Assembly (NCBI GenBank): GCA_050253415.1
Contig: JBFWJC010000001.1
Location: 1,608,679 to 1,672,678, forward strand
Length of the DNA stretch: 64,000 nucleotides
Reading direction: 5' to 3'
DNA from: Pedobacter sp.
GTDB lineage: Bacteria; Desulfobacterota; Desulfuromonadia; Desulfuromonadales; Syntrophotaleaceae
A program made the position numbers and the translations under genes. Shown piece by piece: positions 1 to 11,108 of the stretch; position 1 is the first letter of the stretch; each line of letters opens with the position of its first letter. Under the pieces are notes generated by a model. The model did not search any database. It saw only the letters and a program-made list of their open reading frames with translations, and was not told the origin of the DNA.

Positions 1-2
1 CG

Positions 3-383
<381 letters not shown>

Positions 384-393
384 TTTTCTCTGT

Positions 394-428
394 GGGGTGG
401 ACTTGTTTCCCAGGTCCGCCCCCGTTTT
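394..428 (+). terminator. Probable intrinsic terminator after lysS
   Basis: 12-bp stem ggggtggacttg/caggtccgcccc (2 G-U pairs) followed by cgtttt. Confidence 0.55.
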
Positions 429-443
429 CCCTTTGGGAGATTC

Positions 444-1697
444 ATGGGCTACGAATGGTTTGTCAGCCTGCGCTATCTGCGGGCCAAACGCAAGCAGACT
501 TTTATCTCGGTCATCTCTTTTATTTCCATCGCTGGAGTGACTCTCGGTGTGGCGGCTCTCATCGTCGTTTTGGCGGTGATGACCGGTTTTCACGACGGGG
601 TAAGGCAGCAGATTCTCGGCAATGTACCGCATGTCCTGATTCAGCAGCAAGGCGGCGCTATTGAAGGCTACCGGGATCTCGTTGATAAGGTCAAACTCCA
701 GGTCCCTGAGGCTGTCGCGGTCAATCCTTTTGTCAGCAAGGAAGCTATGCTTCTTGCGCATCGCAATGTCGCCGCGGTCAGCGTCAAAGGGATAGAGCGA
801 GGCAATAAGGTTTTTTCGCAGCCCTTCCTTAATCTGGACAGTACACAAGTTCAGCAGGCCTTGTTCCGTGAACAGGATGGGATGCCCGGGATTGTACTCG
901 GCCTGGATACCGCGGCTTCTCTCGGAGTGACCCTGGGCGACAGTGTCAATGTTATCCCGCCCAAATTCAACGTTACGCCTTTTGGTCTGATCCCCAAGAT
1001 GAAACCTTTCAGGGTGGTGGGGATATTCCAACATCGGGGTGGTTTTCTCGATGCCTATTTTGCGTATGTCGACCTGGCCCAGGCCCAACAATTTCTCAAT
1101 ACCAATGGCCAGGTCAGTGGGGTGGAAATTGAACTGGCCTCTTTTGAGCAATCGCGCCTGGTGACCAGTCGTCTACGTGAAAAGTTACCTTTTCCCTACC
1201 TCGTCAGTTCCTGGGAAGACCTGTTCGGTTCCTTTCTGTCCGCCCTTAAACTTGAAAAACTCGGCCTTTTTATCGTACTTGGGATTATCGTGCTGGTGGC
1301 TGCCTTCAATATTGCCACCACCTTGATCATGGTGGTCATGGAGAAACATAAAGATATCGCCATACTCAGATCCATGGGGGCCACTTCTCGCAGTATCCTG
1401 CAGATTTTTGTGTTTCAAGGTTTTATCATCGGGACTCTCGGCACGGCTCTGGGGACGGTTTTAGGCGTTGCCCTGGCCAGCAATGCCGATCCTATTATAA
1501 AGGGATTGGAAAGTCTGCTTAAGGTAAGGATTTTTGACCAGGCGGTCTATGGAATGGAGCGCTTTCCTTCGGTCGTTCATTTTGATGATGTGGTCGCGGT
1601 TGCGATGATGGCCATGGTCATCTGTCTGATGGCAACCATTTACCCGGCATGGCGAGCGTCCCGGATGGATCCGGGCGAAGCCCTGCGTTACGAGTAG
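444..1697 (+). CDS. lolC: Lipoprotein-releasing ABC transporter permease LolC/E (single-gene LolF-type)
   Basis: [63 protein letters not shown]; next to lolD. Confidence 0.93.
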   Translation: MGYEWFVSLRYLRAKRKQTFISVISFISIAGVTLGVAALIVVLAVMTGFHDGVRQQILGNVPHVLIQQQGGAIEGYRDLVDKVKLQVPEAVAVNPFVSKEAMLLAHRNVAAVSVKGIERGNKVFSQPFLNLDSTQVQQALFREQDGMPGIVLGLDTAASLGVTLGDSVNVIPPKFNVTPFGLIPKMKPFRVVGIFQHRGGFLDAYFAYVDLAQAQQFLNTNGQVSGVEIELASFEQSRLVTSRLREKLPFPYLVSSWEDLFGSFLSALKLEKLGLFIVLGIIVLVAAFNIATTLIMVVMEKHKDIAILRSMGATSRSILQIFVFQGFIIGTLGTALGTVLGVALASNADPIIKGLESLLKVRIFDQAVYGMERFPSVVHFDDVVAVAMMAMVICLMATIYPAWRASRMDPGEALRYE

Positions 1698-1710
1698 TGA
1701 GGCGGCCACA

Positions 1711-2376
1711 ATGATTGAAGTAAGTAATTTATGTAAAAGTTTCATCAACGGGACCAGGCGTGTCGATGTTCTTTCGCAGGTCGATTTAAGGATCGACATG
1801 GGCGAAAGAGTTGCGGTGGTCGGTGCATCGGGCGCGGGTAAGTCGTCCTTGATGCATATCCTCGGGGGGTTGGATCGCCCGACCAGCGGCGATGTGCGCT
1901 ATGACGGTCAGGATATATTCAGTTTGCGCGGTGCCGAGCTTGACGGTTTTCGCAATCGCACACTCGGGTTTGTTTTTCAGTTCCACCAGTTGCTCCCTGA
2001 GTTCTCTGCCCTTGAAAATGTCATGATGCCCGCTTTAATCGCACGGTGGCCACGCAGTAAGGCCGAATCCGCGGCCAGGGAGTTGCTTTGTGAAGTCGGT
2101 CTTGAGCCGCGATTAAGTCATAAACCTGGTGAGCTGTCCGGGGGTGAGCAACAACGGGTGGCCATTGCCCGGGCTCTGGTGATGTCGCCCAGGGTACTGC
2201 TTGCCGACGAACCGACCGGTAATCTCGATAGTGGTACATCCGATAGTATTTATCGCTTGCTTACGCGTCTTCACGGTGCACGTGGCCTTACATTGATTAT
2301 TGTGACTCATGATACCCGTCTTGCTGCAGGGCTCGACCGTATTGTTCACATGGCGGATGGTCGGATCGTCGGCTAG
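1711..2376 (+). CDS. lolD: Lipoprotein-releasing ABC transporter ATPase
   Basis: Walker [22 protein letters not shown]olD motif, LSGGEQQR signature, [10 protein letters not shown]. Confidence 0.93.
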   Translation: MIEVSNLCKSFINGTRRVDVLSQVDLRIDMGERVAVVGASGAGKSSLMHILGGLDRPTSGDVRYDGQDIFSLRGAELDGFRNRTLGFVFQFHQLLPEFSALENVMMPALIARWPRSKAESAARELLCEVGLEPRLSHKPGELSGGEQQRVAIARALVMSPRVLLADEPTGNLDSGTSDSIYRLLTRLHGARGLTLIIVTHDTRLAAGLDRIVHMADGRIVG

Positions 2377-2448
2377 ATTGGGGTTTACACCCCTATGCTC
2401 TTTACCTATAATGACCCACTTACCTTGCCTTCTCGGAGTATTGGTTGC

Positions 2449-4695
2449 ATGAAAAATCGTTTGATGATCTGGCTGATGATAGTGCTGTTGTTGATACCCG
2501 TTACCGGGACGGCTTCACCCCTTGTGGTGGATCAGGTTCTGGTTGAAGGTAACCGTCGTGTAGAACGCAGCTACATCGAGGGCGTACTTTCGGTCACTCC
2601 AGGAAAGCCGGTCTCAACTGAGGACATCGATCGGGATATAGCAGCCATTTTCAAAACCGGGCGGTTTCAGGATGTGGCGGCGGAACTGGTGGAACGCGAG
2701 GGTCAGAAGGTACTTGTTTTCAAGGTTACCGAACGCCCTTTGTTGCGCAAGGTCGCTTTTACGGGTAATTCGGAAATCAAAACTGACAAACTTGGCGAAA
2801 TGGTCAATGCTCAGAAGATCGAGTTCTTTCGACCTCAGGTCGTTCGTGAAGCCACCGAGATCATCAAGCGTGCGTATGTCGAAGAGGGGTATTACGCTAC
2901 CGAAATCGATGCCAAGGTCGATATCAACGATCGCCAGGAAGCCACCATTACCTTCAATATCGATGAGGGTGACAAGGTCTACGTAACCGATATCCAATTT
3001 GAGGGTAATACGGTTTTCAAGGATAAAGAACTGAAAAAGGTCATGTTATCCAAGGAAAAGTGGTTCCTCTCCTTCATTACAGGTCGGGGTGGCTACAAGG
3101 AGGAAATGACCAAAGTTGATCGGGATATCATTGCAGATCAATACTATAACGAGGGTTATATACAGGTCCGAGTAAAAGGCCCGGTCGTGAACCTGCTGCC
3201 GGATAAAAAATCGATGGAACTGTTGTATGAAATCGAAGAGGGTAAACAGTTTTTCGTCGGAAATCTCGATATTTCAGGTGATCTTCTTAAGGACAAACAG
3301 GACCTCCTGGGCAGTATGACGCTGCATGAGGGCGATGTTTTCAGTCGCAAAGTGATGCGGGAAGACATGCTCAAGCTCAATGATCTTTATGCCGACACCG
3401 GATACGCCTATGTCAATGTCACGCCCGAAACCCAGGTTGATGAGCAGGCCAATAAAGTCGATATTGTTTATGACGTTGAACAAGGACTCAAGGCGCGCAT
3501 AGGTCGTATCAATATCTCCGGTAATACGCGTACCCGTGACAAGGTAGTCAGGCGGCAGGTCAAATTGGCGGAAGGTGATACCTATAGTGCGTCTTTGATC
3601 AAAGACAGCCGCCGCAAGATCAATAATCTCGGTTATTTTGACGAAGTGAATCTGACGACCCGCAAGGGCGATGATCTGTCGTTAATGGATATCGATATTG
3701 ACCTCAAAGAGCGTGCTACCGGAAGTTTCAGTGTCGGTGCCGGGTTTTCCTCGGTGGACGGCTTGTTGTTTCAGGGTTCCGTATCCCAGGATAATTTTTT
3801 GGGACGAGGACTGCGGCTTGATTTGTCCGGTTCATTGGGCGGAAGCAGCACGGTATATCGGGTAGGTCTGCTTGATCCGTATTTCCTGGATCGTGATCTG
3901 GCTTTGGGTTTTGATGTGTACGACACCGTGCGGGAATGGACCGATTTTGATCGGGAGACGACCGGTGGCGATATTAAACTTGGTTTGCCGATTACCGAAG
4001 ATATTCGATCTTTTTTTGTATATCGGTATGAAAAGAAAAACATTACCGAGGTGGATGACGATGCCAGTTGGATGATCAAGGAACAGGAGGGTAAACATAC
4101 CCTGTCATCGATTACTGCATCCTTGTCGCGCAATACGACCGATTTCCGTCCCGAACCCAGCCGTGGCAACATCTCCGAACTTGCTATCGAATATGCGGGG
4201 CTTGGTGGCAGTGAGAAGTTTATCAAGTATACAGCTGACCATCGTTATTTTTATCCGCTGCCTTTGGGAATGGTCTTCAGCGCTCATGGACAGATCGGTT
4301 ATATACAGGAAATGGGTGGCGAATCGATTCCGTTGGATGAGCGGTTTTTTCTTGGCGGGATGAATTCGCTGCGGGGCTTTGAGTCCCGTGAAGTCGGTCC
4401 GCGTGATCCTGACACAGGCGACTTTTACGGTGGCTCCAAGGAAGCTGTCTTTAATCTGGAGGTAACCTTTCCTTTGATTAAAGACATGAAAATGAAAGGT
4501 TTGGTATTCTTTGATACCGGCAATGCCTGGGACACCGATGAAACCATGTTCTCGGACATGCGTTACAGTGTCGGTGCCGGCATAAGTTGGAACAGTCCCA
4601 TGGGACCTCTGAGATTTGCCTGGGGCTACAATCTCAGTCCCAAGGAATGGGAAGAACCATCCGCCTTTGATTTTTCGGTAGGTAAATCGTTCTAA
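2449..4695 (+). CDS. bamA: Outer membrane protein assembly factor BamA
   Basis: Signal peptide, repeated POTRA-like units (GN...), LRGF barrel motif, WNSPMGPLRFAWG, C-terminal Phe; ATG 2449 with GGAG upstream. Confidence 0.96.
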   Translation: MKNRLMIWLMIVLLLIPVTGTASPLVVDQVLVEGNRRVERSYIEGVLSVTPGKPVSTEDIDRDIAAIFKTGRFQDVAAELVEREGQKVLVFKVTERPLLRKVAFTGNSEIKTDKLGEMVNAQKIEFFRPQVVREATEIIKRAYVEEGYYATEIDAKVDINDRQEATITFNIDEGDKVYVTDIQFEGNTVFKDKELKKVMLSKEKWFLSFITGRGGYKEEMTKVDRDIIADQYYNEGYIQVRVKGPVVNLLPDKKSMELLYEIEEGKQFFVGNLDISGDLLKDKQDLLGSMTLHEGDVFSRKVMREDMLKLNDLYADTGYAYVNVTPETQVDEQANKVDIVYDVEQGLKARIGRINISGNTRTRDKVVRRQVKLAEGDTYSASLIKDSRRKINNLGYFDEVNLTTRKGDDLSLMDIDIDLKERATGSFSVGAGFSSVDGLLFQGSVSQDNFLGRGLRLDLSGSLGGSSTVYRVGLLDPYFLDRDLALGFDVYDTVREWTDFDRETTGGDIKLGLPITEDIRSFFVYRYEKKNITEVDDDASWMIKEQEGKHTLSSITASLSRNTTDFRPEPSRGNISELAIEYAGLGGSEKFIKYTADHRYFYPLPLGMVFSAHGQIGYIQEMGGESIPLDERFFLGGMNSLRGFESREVGPRDPDTGDFYGGSKEAVFNLEVTFPLIKDMKMKGLVFFDTGNAWDTDETMFSDMRYSVGAGISWNSPMGPLRFAWGYNLSPKEWEEPSAFDFSVGKSF

Positions 4696-4776
4696 GAGCT
4701 TTTGAGGGTGCTCGCGTTAAATAATTAGTGAGGGTCAGGCCTGATCTATTTAAACTTAACTTTAAAGGAGTTTTAA

Positions 4777-5301
4777 ATGAAAAAGATCTTTGGATTTCTG
4801 ATTGCTGTTATGTTGTTGGCCGCTGTACCTGCCGGAGCTGCAAATGGTAAAGTCGGCGTCATTGATCTGCAGAAGGTTTTGCGTACCTCCGCTGCAGGGC
4901 AAGCTGCGCAGAAAACCATAGCTGACAAAGCGCAGGCTTTTCAGAAAACCATGCAGGGTCGGCAAAATGATCTGAAAAAGCTCAATGATGATTTTGAAAA
5001 ACAGAAAATGATAATGTCCAAAGAAGCGATCGCTGACAAAGAGCGTGACCTGCAGCAGAAGGTCAAAGATTTTCAGCGTTTTGGAAAAGACGCCCAGGAA
5101 GAATTGCAGCAAGAAGATCGCCAGGCAACTTCTCGAATTCTTGACGAAGTCGCCAAGGTTGTAAAAGATCTCGGTGCCAAGGGTGGCTACGATGTCATCG
5201 TAGAAAAAAGCACGACCTTGTACACTGCGGACAGCATTGATCTGACAGATCAGGTTGTTAAGGCCTACGACAAAAAATTCGCACAGACCAAGGGCAAGTA
5301 A
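4777..5301 (+). CDS. skp: OmpH/Skp periplasmic chaperone
   Basis: Signal peptide, [11 protein letters not shown], coiled-coil, DLTDQVVK; canonical bamA-skp-lpxD order. Confidence 0.92.
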   Translation: MKKIFGFLIAVMLLAAVPAGAANGKVGVIDLQKVLRTSAAGQAAQKTIADKAQAFQKTMQGRQNDLKKLNDDFEKQKMIMSKEAIADKERDLQQKVKDFQRFGKDAQEELQQEDRQATSRILDEVAKVVKDLGAKGGYDVIVEKSTTLYTADSIDLTDQVVKAYDKKFAQTKGK

Positions 5302-5312
5302 AGGAGACCGTT

Positions 5313-6344
5313 ATGGCGACCTTGATGGAATTGGCGGAATTGATTGGTGGAACGGTGGTGGGTGACGGGTCCGTGACCATCAATCGCATGGCGCCTATCG
5401 ATACGGCTGGCCCCGGTGACATTACCTTTATTGCCAACCCGAAATACCTGGCAAAACTCAAGGATACCACCGCATCGGCTGTTATTATCAAGCCGGGGAT
5501 TGAATGCCCCGGCGTTTCATTGCTGGTTTGCGACAATCCCTACCTGGGATTTGCCAAGGCGCTCACCGCGCTTCATGTGAAGCGCCCTGAACCCCAGGGT
5601 GTGATGGAAGGAGCCTTTGTCTCGGACGAAGCCGAACTGGGCGCTGACGTCACCATCCATCCGGGATGCGTCGTCGGGAAAAAAGCGCGCATCGGTCGTG
5701 GTACGATTCTCTATCCCGGTGTGGTGGTTTACGATGGCGTGCAGATCGGTGAAGACTGTCTTATTCATGCCGGTGTTCTTATTCGTGAACAGTGCCGTCT
5801 CGGCAATCGTGTCGTGGTTCAGCCCGGTGCGGTCATCGGATCGGATGGCTTCGGTTTTGCCCCCGACGGGAAAAGTTATTATAAAATCCCGCAGATGGGG
5901 ATTGTCGGTATCGAAGACGATGTTGAAGTCGGAGCCAATGTCTGTATTGACCGTGCTGCCATGGGCGTAACGCTCATCAAGCGTGGTACCAAAATTGATA
6001 ACCTGGTGCAGATTGCCCATAATGTTACCGTCGGTGAAGATACCATCCTGGTGGCCCAGGTCGGCATTGCCGGCAGCAGTAAGATCGGCAATCACTGTAC
6101 TCTTGGTGGACAGGTTGGCGTATCGGGTCATATCAAGATTGGTGACAATACCATGGTTGCTGCACAAAGCGGCATCATCAGCGATCTGCCGGAAGGGCAG
6201 GTTTTTTCCGGTACACCGACCATGCCTCATCGGGATTGGCTGAGAGCTTCTGCAGGTGTGAAAAACTTGCCTGCCATGCGTAAAACCATCAGCAGCTTGC
6301 AAAAACGGATCGATGAACTGGAAAAGCTTGTCAAGGAAAGGTAA
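5313..6344 (+). CDS. lpxD: UDP-3-O-acylglucosamine N-acyltransferase
   Basis: Hexapeptide repeats, [23 protein letters not shown]. Confidence 0.97.
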   Translation: MATLMELAELIGGTVVGDGSVTINRMAPIDTAGPGDITFIANPKYLAKLKDTTASAVIIKPGIECPGVSLLVCDNPYLGFAKALTALHVKRPEPQGVMEGAFVSDEAELGADVTIHPGCVVGKKARIGRGTILYPGVVVYDGVQIGEDCLIHAGVLIREQCRLGNRVVVQPGAVIGSDGFGFAPDGKSYYKIPQMGIVGIEDDVEVGANVCIDRAAMGVTLIKRGTKIDNLVQIAHNVTVGEDTILVAQVGIAGSSKIGNHCTLGGQVGVSGHIKIGDNTMVAAQSGIISDLPEGQVFSGTPTMPHRDWLRASAGVKNLPAMRKTISSLQKRIDELEKLVKER

Positions 6345-6348
6345 TAGC

Positions 6349-6792
6349 ATGACCCTCGAAATTCTTGATATCATGAAGTTATTACCGCACCGTTACCCTT
6401 TTTTGCTTGTGGATCGCATTGTCGATCTCGAGCCGGGTAAATGCGCAGTCGGTATTAAAAATGTTACTATCAACGAGCCTTTCTTCCAGGGACATTATCC
6501 CGGTCATCCGATCATGCCCGGCGTTTTGATCATCGAAGCCATGGCTCAGGTTGGAGGAGCAGTTGCCGCATTGACTGCTGGAGACAAAGGCGATCAGGTG
6601 CCTTACTTCACCGGCATCAATAAAGCCCGTTTTCGTCGCCCGGTAGGCCCCGGAGACGTCCTGCGACTGCAGTTGGATCTGCTCAGCAGTCGGCGAGGTC
6701 TGTATATTTTTGACGGTAAAGCTTATGTCGACGGCAACCTGGTTGCCGAGGCAGAACTGAAAGCGGTTTTCGCACCGCGGGCACAGGATTGA
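6349..6792 (+). CDS. fabZ: 3-hydroxyacyl-ACP dehydratase
   Basis: [34 protein letters not shown]. Confidence 0.97.
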   Translation: MTLEILDIMKLLPHRYPFLLVDRIVDLEPGKCAVGIKNVTINEPFFQGHYPGHPIMPGVLIIEAMAQVGGAVAALTAGDKGDQVPYFTGINKARFRRPVGPGDVLRLQLDLLSSRRGLYIFDGKAYVDGNLVAEAELKAVFAPRAQD

Positions 6793-6796
6793 TACC

Positions 6797-7567
6797 ATGA
6801 TTCATTCAACGGCAATTGTCCATGACGGTGCGCGGATACACGAAAGTGTCGAAATCGGCCCTTATGCTGTGATCGGCTCGAACGTATCTATTGAAGAGGG
6901 TACCCGAGTAGGTGCACATGCCGTCATAGAAGGATGGACTGAAATCGGGAAAGATAATCGCATCTTTCAGTTCACATCGATCGGGGCCGACCCTCAGGAT
7001 CTTAAATTCCATGGTGAAGTTTCCAGCTTGCGCATTGGTGATCGCAATACCATACGCGAGTTTGTAACCATGCACCGGGGTACCGAAGACGGTGGTAGTG
7101 AAACCGTGGTCGGTAACGATAATCTGTTTATGGCTTATGCACATGTGGCACACGACTGCGTTATCGGTAACCGGGTTATTCTGGCGAACGGTGCCACTCT
7201 TGGTGGCCATGTAAGGGTTGAGGATTGGGCCATTCTCGGCGGGCTGTCTGCGGTTCATCAGTTCACCCGTATCGGGAGTCATGCAATGATCAGCGGCGGC
7301 AGCATGGTGGCGCAGGATATCGCGCCCTACCTTATTGCTCAGGGTGACAGGGCCAAAGCCGTCGGTATCAACTTGATAGGTCTCAAACGGCGGAACTTTT
7401 CCGATGAGACCTTACGTGATATCAAGCAGGCTTATAAGTTGATGTTTCGCAGTAATCTGCGTCAGGAAGAGGCCCTTGCGCGTATTACCGCCGAAGTCTC
7501 TGATGCCCCCGAGATTCAAGCGTTTGTCGACTTTATACGGGCCAGTGAACGGGGTGTGGCGCGATGA
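6797..7567 (+). CDS. lpxA: Acyl-ACP--UDP-GlcNAc(3N) acyltransferase
   Basis: IHSTAIV, PQDLKF, HVAHDC, LGGHV, VHQF, GLKRRNFS. Confidence 0.97.
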   Translation: MIHSTAIVHDGARIHESVEIGPYAVIGSNVSIEEGTRVGAHAVIEGWTEIGKDNRIFQFTSIGADPQDLKFHGEVSSLRIGDRNTIREFVTMHRGTEDGGSETVVGNDNLFMAYAHVAHDCVIGNRVILANGATLGGHVRVEDWAILGGLSAVHQFTRIGSHAMISGGSMVAQDIAPYLIAQGDRAKAVGINLIGLKRRNFSDETLRDIKQAYKLMFRSNLRQEEALARITAEVSDAPEIQAFVDFIRASERGVAR

Positions 7568-8508
7568 GCGATCTGCGGGCAGCCGTTATCGGGGTCGGAT
7601 ACCTGGGCCGTTTTCATGCCCAGAAGTATGCAGCTTTGCCCGGCGTAGAATTGATCGGCGTGGTTGATGTGGATCTGGCTGCTGCACAGAAGGTTGCGGC
7701 CGAGGTCGGTTGTCCCGCGTTTTCTGATTATCGTGAATTGATCGAACAAGTCGATCTGGCATCGATCGTCGTGCCTACCCACTTTCATTTTGCAGTAGCG
7801 AAAGAGTTTTTGGCTGCCGGGTGCCATGTGCTGGTGGAGAAGCCGATAACCGAAACGGTCTCCGAGGCGGAAGAGTTGATTGCCTTGGCGCGTCAACATG
7901 ATGCGATATTGCAGGTCGGTCATTTGGAACGCTTCAATCCAGCGATCGTTGCGCTTAACGGTGAATTGAACAAGCCCATGTTTATCGAATCTCACCGTTT
8001 AACCCCTTACCGCGGCCGGGGTACGGATGTGAATGTCGTACTCGATTTGATGATTCACGATATCGATATTATCCTCAACATGGTCAAATCGCCGCTTACC
8101 TCGATCCATGCATCCGGGGTTCCGGTGCTGTCTGGCGAGGTCGATATTGCCAATGCACGCCTCGAATTTGCCAGCGGATGCGTTGCCAATGTTACCGCAA
8201 GCCGCGTCAGTCGTGATGCCATGCGCAAGGTGAGGGTGTTCCAGCCGGACGCTTATTTCTCCATCGACTATCAGAAACGTAAGATTGCCGTTTGCCGTAA
8301 GGATGGAGCCGGGATGGTTCTTCCCGGTCTGCCGGGCATTACCATGCAGGAAAAAGGTTTTGCCGAAAGCGACGCTCTGATGGACGAAATTGGAGCCTTT
8401 GTCGCATCGGTCAAAAATGGTACGCCGCCTGTCGTCGGGGGCGAGGATGGTCGCCGTGCGCTCGAGGTGGCTTTGCAGATCAGCAGTCGCCTGGGTGGTG
8501 TGTTGTAA
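7564..8508 (+). CDS. gnnA: Gfo/Idh/MocA oxidoreductase, probable UDP-GlcNAc 3-dehydrogenase
   Basis: GVGYLG NAD motif, EKP, GHLERFNP, DLMIHDID; located between lpxA and lpxB. Confidence 0.8.
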   Translation: MSDLRAAVIGVGYLGRFHAQKYAALPGVELIGVVDVDLAAAQKVAAEVGCPAFSDYRELIEQVDLASIVVPTHFHFAVAKEFLAAGCHVLVEKPITETVSEAEELIALARQHDAILQVGHLERFNPAIVALNGELNKPMFIESHRLTPYRGRGTDVNVVLDLMIHDIDIILNMVKSPLTSIHASGVPVLSGEVDIANARLEFASGCVANVTASRVSRDAMRKVRVFQPDAYFSIDYQKRKIAVCRKDGAGMVLPGLPGITMQEKGFAESDALMDEIGAFVASVKNGTPPVVGGEDGRRALEVALQISSRLGGVL

Positions 8509-8537
8509 GGCCGCACCTGTCCTTGAACATACTGATT

Positions 8538-8578
8538 AAAAGGCGGGGCCCTATGCCAGTCCTCGCCTTTTGTTATTT
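8538..8578 (+). terminator. Possible intrinsic terminator between gnnA and gnnB
   Basis: aaaaggcgggg...cctcgcctttt stem followed by gttattt. Confidence 0.4.
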
Positions 8579-8825
8579 GTCGTCATGACGAGTCCATCGA
8601 ACTGAATCGTACTATTTTTTGGTTTTTGTAGTTTCACCATTCTGCAATGAGGAAGAAGCTAGACCAAATATTCGATCTTCGCAGTTTTTGACATGCAGGC
8701 GTATCAGCCCGCACCTGTTTCGGCTTGCCATGCGCTGTTTTTGATTTATTTAGTCTCGGCTCCGTTGCATGGCTTGTGGTTGGAATTCCGGCGCTCAGGT
8801 AAATACGTTTTAAAAAGGATAAAAC

Positions 8826-9920
8826 ATGTCCATTCCAATGGTTGATCTTAAACAACAATTCAGCAGTATTAAAGATGAAGTCGTCCAAGGTCTTTTGGAT
8901 GTATTGGACACCACCCGTTTCGTACTCGGTCCTCACGGCGAGGCTCTCGAGCAGGAAATCGCTGCCTATTGCGGAGTCCGCCATGCATTCGGAGTTGCTT
9001 CCGGTACCGACGCTCTGCACCTGGCGTTGCGGGCAGCTGGAATAGGTCCCGGCGATGAGGTCATTACCACTGCATTTACTTTCATAGCGACTGCCGAGGC
9101 GATTGCATACGTGGGTGCCACACCGGTATTTGTAGATATCGACCCGGCCACCTTTAATATCGATGTATCGAAAATAGAAGGTGCCATTACCCCACGCACC
9201 CGTGCTGTCATTCCGGTTCATCTGTATGGGCAGCCCACTGATCTGGCGCCTCTTGTCGTCTTATGTAAAAGTCGTGGTCTGCGAATAATCGAAGATTGTG
9301 CGCAATCTTTTGGCGCTACCTACCAGGACCGTATGACAGGTTCCTGGGGCGATGCAGGGTGCTTTTCATTTTTTCCCAGTAAAAATCTAGGTTGCTACGG
9401 CGACGGTGGCATGATCATCACAAACGATGATGAACTGGCGCAACAAGTGCATATGCTGAGAAACCATGGCAGTCGGGAGCGTTATTACCACGCCGTGATC
9501 GGTTATAACAGTCGCCTGGACGATATGCAGGCGGTGATTTTGCGCACCAAACTGAAACATATCGACACGTACAACCGGCTGCGTCGGGAAAATGCTGCTC
9601 ATTATAATGCACGTCTGGCAAATTCTGCGGTGACGGTGCCCTTTGAAGACGGCAAAGGTATGCACGTTTTTCACCAGTACACTATCCGAGTTCAGGATCG
9701 TGAAAGGGTTCAGAAAGCTCTGGCGGCCGAAGGAATTGCTTCGGCTATTTATTATCCGGTACCTCTTCACCGGCAGGAGGTTTTTATTTCCGATTGCGCC
9801 GGTGTATCTTTACCCGTAACGGACCAGGCTGCCAGCGAGGTACTGTCACTCCCCATGTATCCGGAGCTGATTGAAGAACAGATAGACCGTGTCTGTCAGA
9901 CTTTGTTATCTGCCCTTTAG
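8826..9920 (+). CDS. gnnB: DegT/DnrJ/EryC1/StrS PLP aminotransferase, probable UDP-3-keto-GlcNAc aminotransferase
   Basis: SGTDALHLAL, PVHLYGQ, IEDCAQ, SFFPSKNLGCYGDGG (PLP lysine), GYNSRLD. Confidence 0.82.
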   Translation: MSIPMVDLKQQFSSIKDEVVQGLLDVLDTTRFVLGPHGEALEQEIAAYCGVRHAFGVASGTDALHLALRAAGIGPGDEVITTAFTFIATAEAIAYVGATPVFVDIDPATFNIDVSKIEGAITPRTRAVIPVHLYGQPTDLAPLVVLCKSRGLRIIEDCAQSFGATYQDRMTGSWGDAGCFSFFPSKNLGCYGDGGMIITNDDELAQQVHMLRNHGSRERYYHAVIGYNSRLDDMQAVILRTKLKHIDTYNRLRRENAAHYNARLANSAVTVPFEDGKGMHVFHQYTIRVQDRERVQKALAAEGIASAIYYPVPLHRQEVFISDCAGVSLPVTDQAASEVLSLPMYPELIEEQIDRVCQTLLSAL

Positions 9921-11108
9921 GTGTTGGTAATGCATACGGCAACAAAAACGCATCGCGTCCTGATCGTTACAGGCGAGGCCTCCGGCGATCTTCATGGGGC
10001 GAATCTTATTCATGCTGCCGGGAAAATCGATCCGGAATTAAAGTTTTTCGGAGTCGGCGGTGCCCGTATGGCTGAGGCCGGGTGCGATATTTTAATCCCA
10101 GCTGAAGAACTTGCGGTGATGGGGTTCGTTGAAGTCCTGGGCCACTTCCCGACGATCTGGCGAGCATTCCGGCAGCTTAAAAAGGTGCTGCATGGACCGC
10201 AGAAGCCGGACGTCCTGGTTCTGATTGACTTTGCAGAATTTAACTTGTTGCTTGCCGCCCAGGCAAAAAAGGCCGGGGTTCCGGTGCTTTATTACGTTAG
10301 CCCGCAAGTGTGGGCATGGCGACGGGGGCGGGTAAGGCGCATCGCTTCGGTAGTCGATCGATTGGCTGCGATTTTCCCATTTGAACCAGAACTTTACAAA
10401 AACCAGGATATCGACGTCGAATATGTCGGGCATCCTTTGTTGGACGAATTTGAAGTTACCGAGGATCGGACCGGCTTTTTGCTGAAGTCTGGACTCGATC
10501 CGCATCGTCCGGTCATCGGGTTGTTCCCAGGCAGCCGTAAAAATGAACTGAAGTATATATTCGATACTATTATGGAGTCTGCTGTCCGGTTGCGTGAGAA
10601 GTACCCCACTGCCCAGTTTCTGCTGCCGGTCGCATCAAGTTTTCGCAAACAGGATATGCAGGCCCTGGTGGCTCCCTATGGGTTACCTGTAACCCTGATC
10701 GACGAGGATATTTACAACATTATTCAAGCTTGCGATGCGATTATCAGCGTCTCCGGAACGGTCACTCTGCAGATTGCCCTGGTCGGTACGCCTATGGCCA
10801 TTGTATACAAATTGGCGCCAATCAGTTATGCCATTGGTCGACGTTTGATCCGGGTTCCCTATATCGGTTTGGCCAATATTGTGGCAGGCCGGCAAGTGGT
10901 CAAAGAATTTATTCAACAACAGGCCTCCCCTGATGCCATTGCCAGTGAGATTGATGCCATCCTTTCCGATGCTGGCTACAATCGCGCCATGCGCAATGAT
11001 CTATTGACCATTCAGGAACGCATGGGCGAGGGCGGTTGTTCTGAGCGCGTGGCACGAATGGTTTCGGAGCTGAGCCGCGGTATTTCAGCCAAGGAGCGTA
11101 ATTTGTGA
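9921..11108 (+). CDS. lpxB: Lipid-A-disaccharide synthase
   Basis: GEASGDLHGA, YYVSPQVWAWR, FPFE, YVGHPL, FPGSRKNE, SGTVTL; alternative ATG at 9930. Confidence 0.96.
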   Translation: MLVMHTATKTHRVLIVTGEASGDLHGANLIHAAGKIDPELKFFGVGGARMAEAGCDILIPAEELAVMGFVEVLGHFPTIWRAFRQLKKVLHGPQKPDVLVLIDFAEFNLLLAAQAKKAGVPVLYYVSPQVWAWRRGRVRRIASVVDRLAAIFPFEPELYKNQDIDVEYVGHPLLDEFEVTEDRTGFLLKSGLDPHRPVIGLFPGSRKNELKYIFDTIMESAVRLREKYPTAQFLLPVASSFRKQDMQALVAPYGLPVTLIDEDIYNIIQACDAIISVSGTVTLQIALVGTPMAIVYKLAPISYAIGRRLIRVPYIGLANIVAGRQVVKEFIQQQASPDAIASEIDAILSDAGYNRAMRNDLLTIQERMGEGGCSERVARMVSELSRGISAKERNL

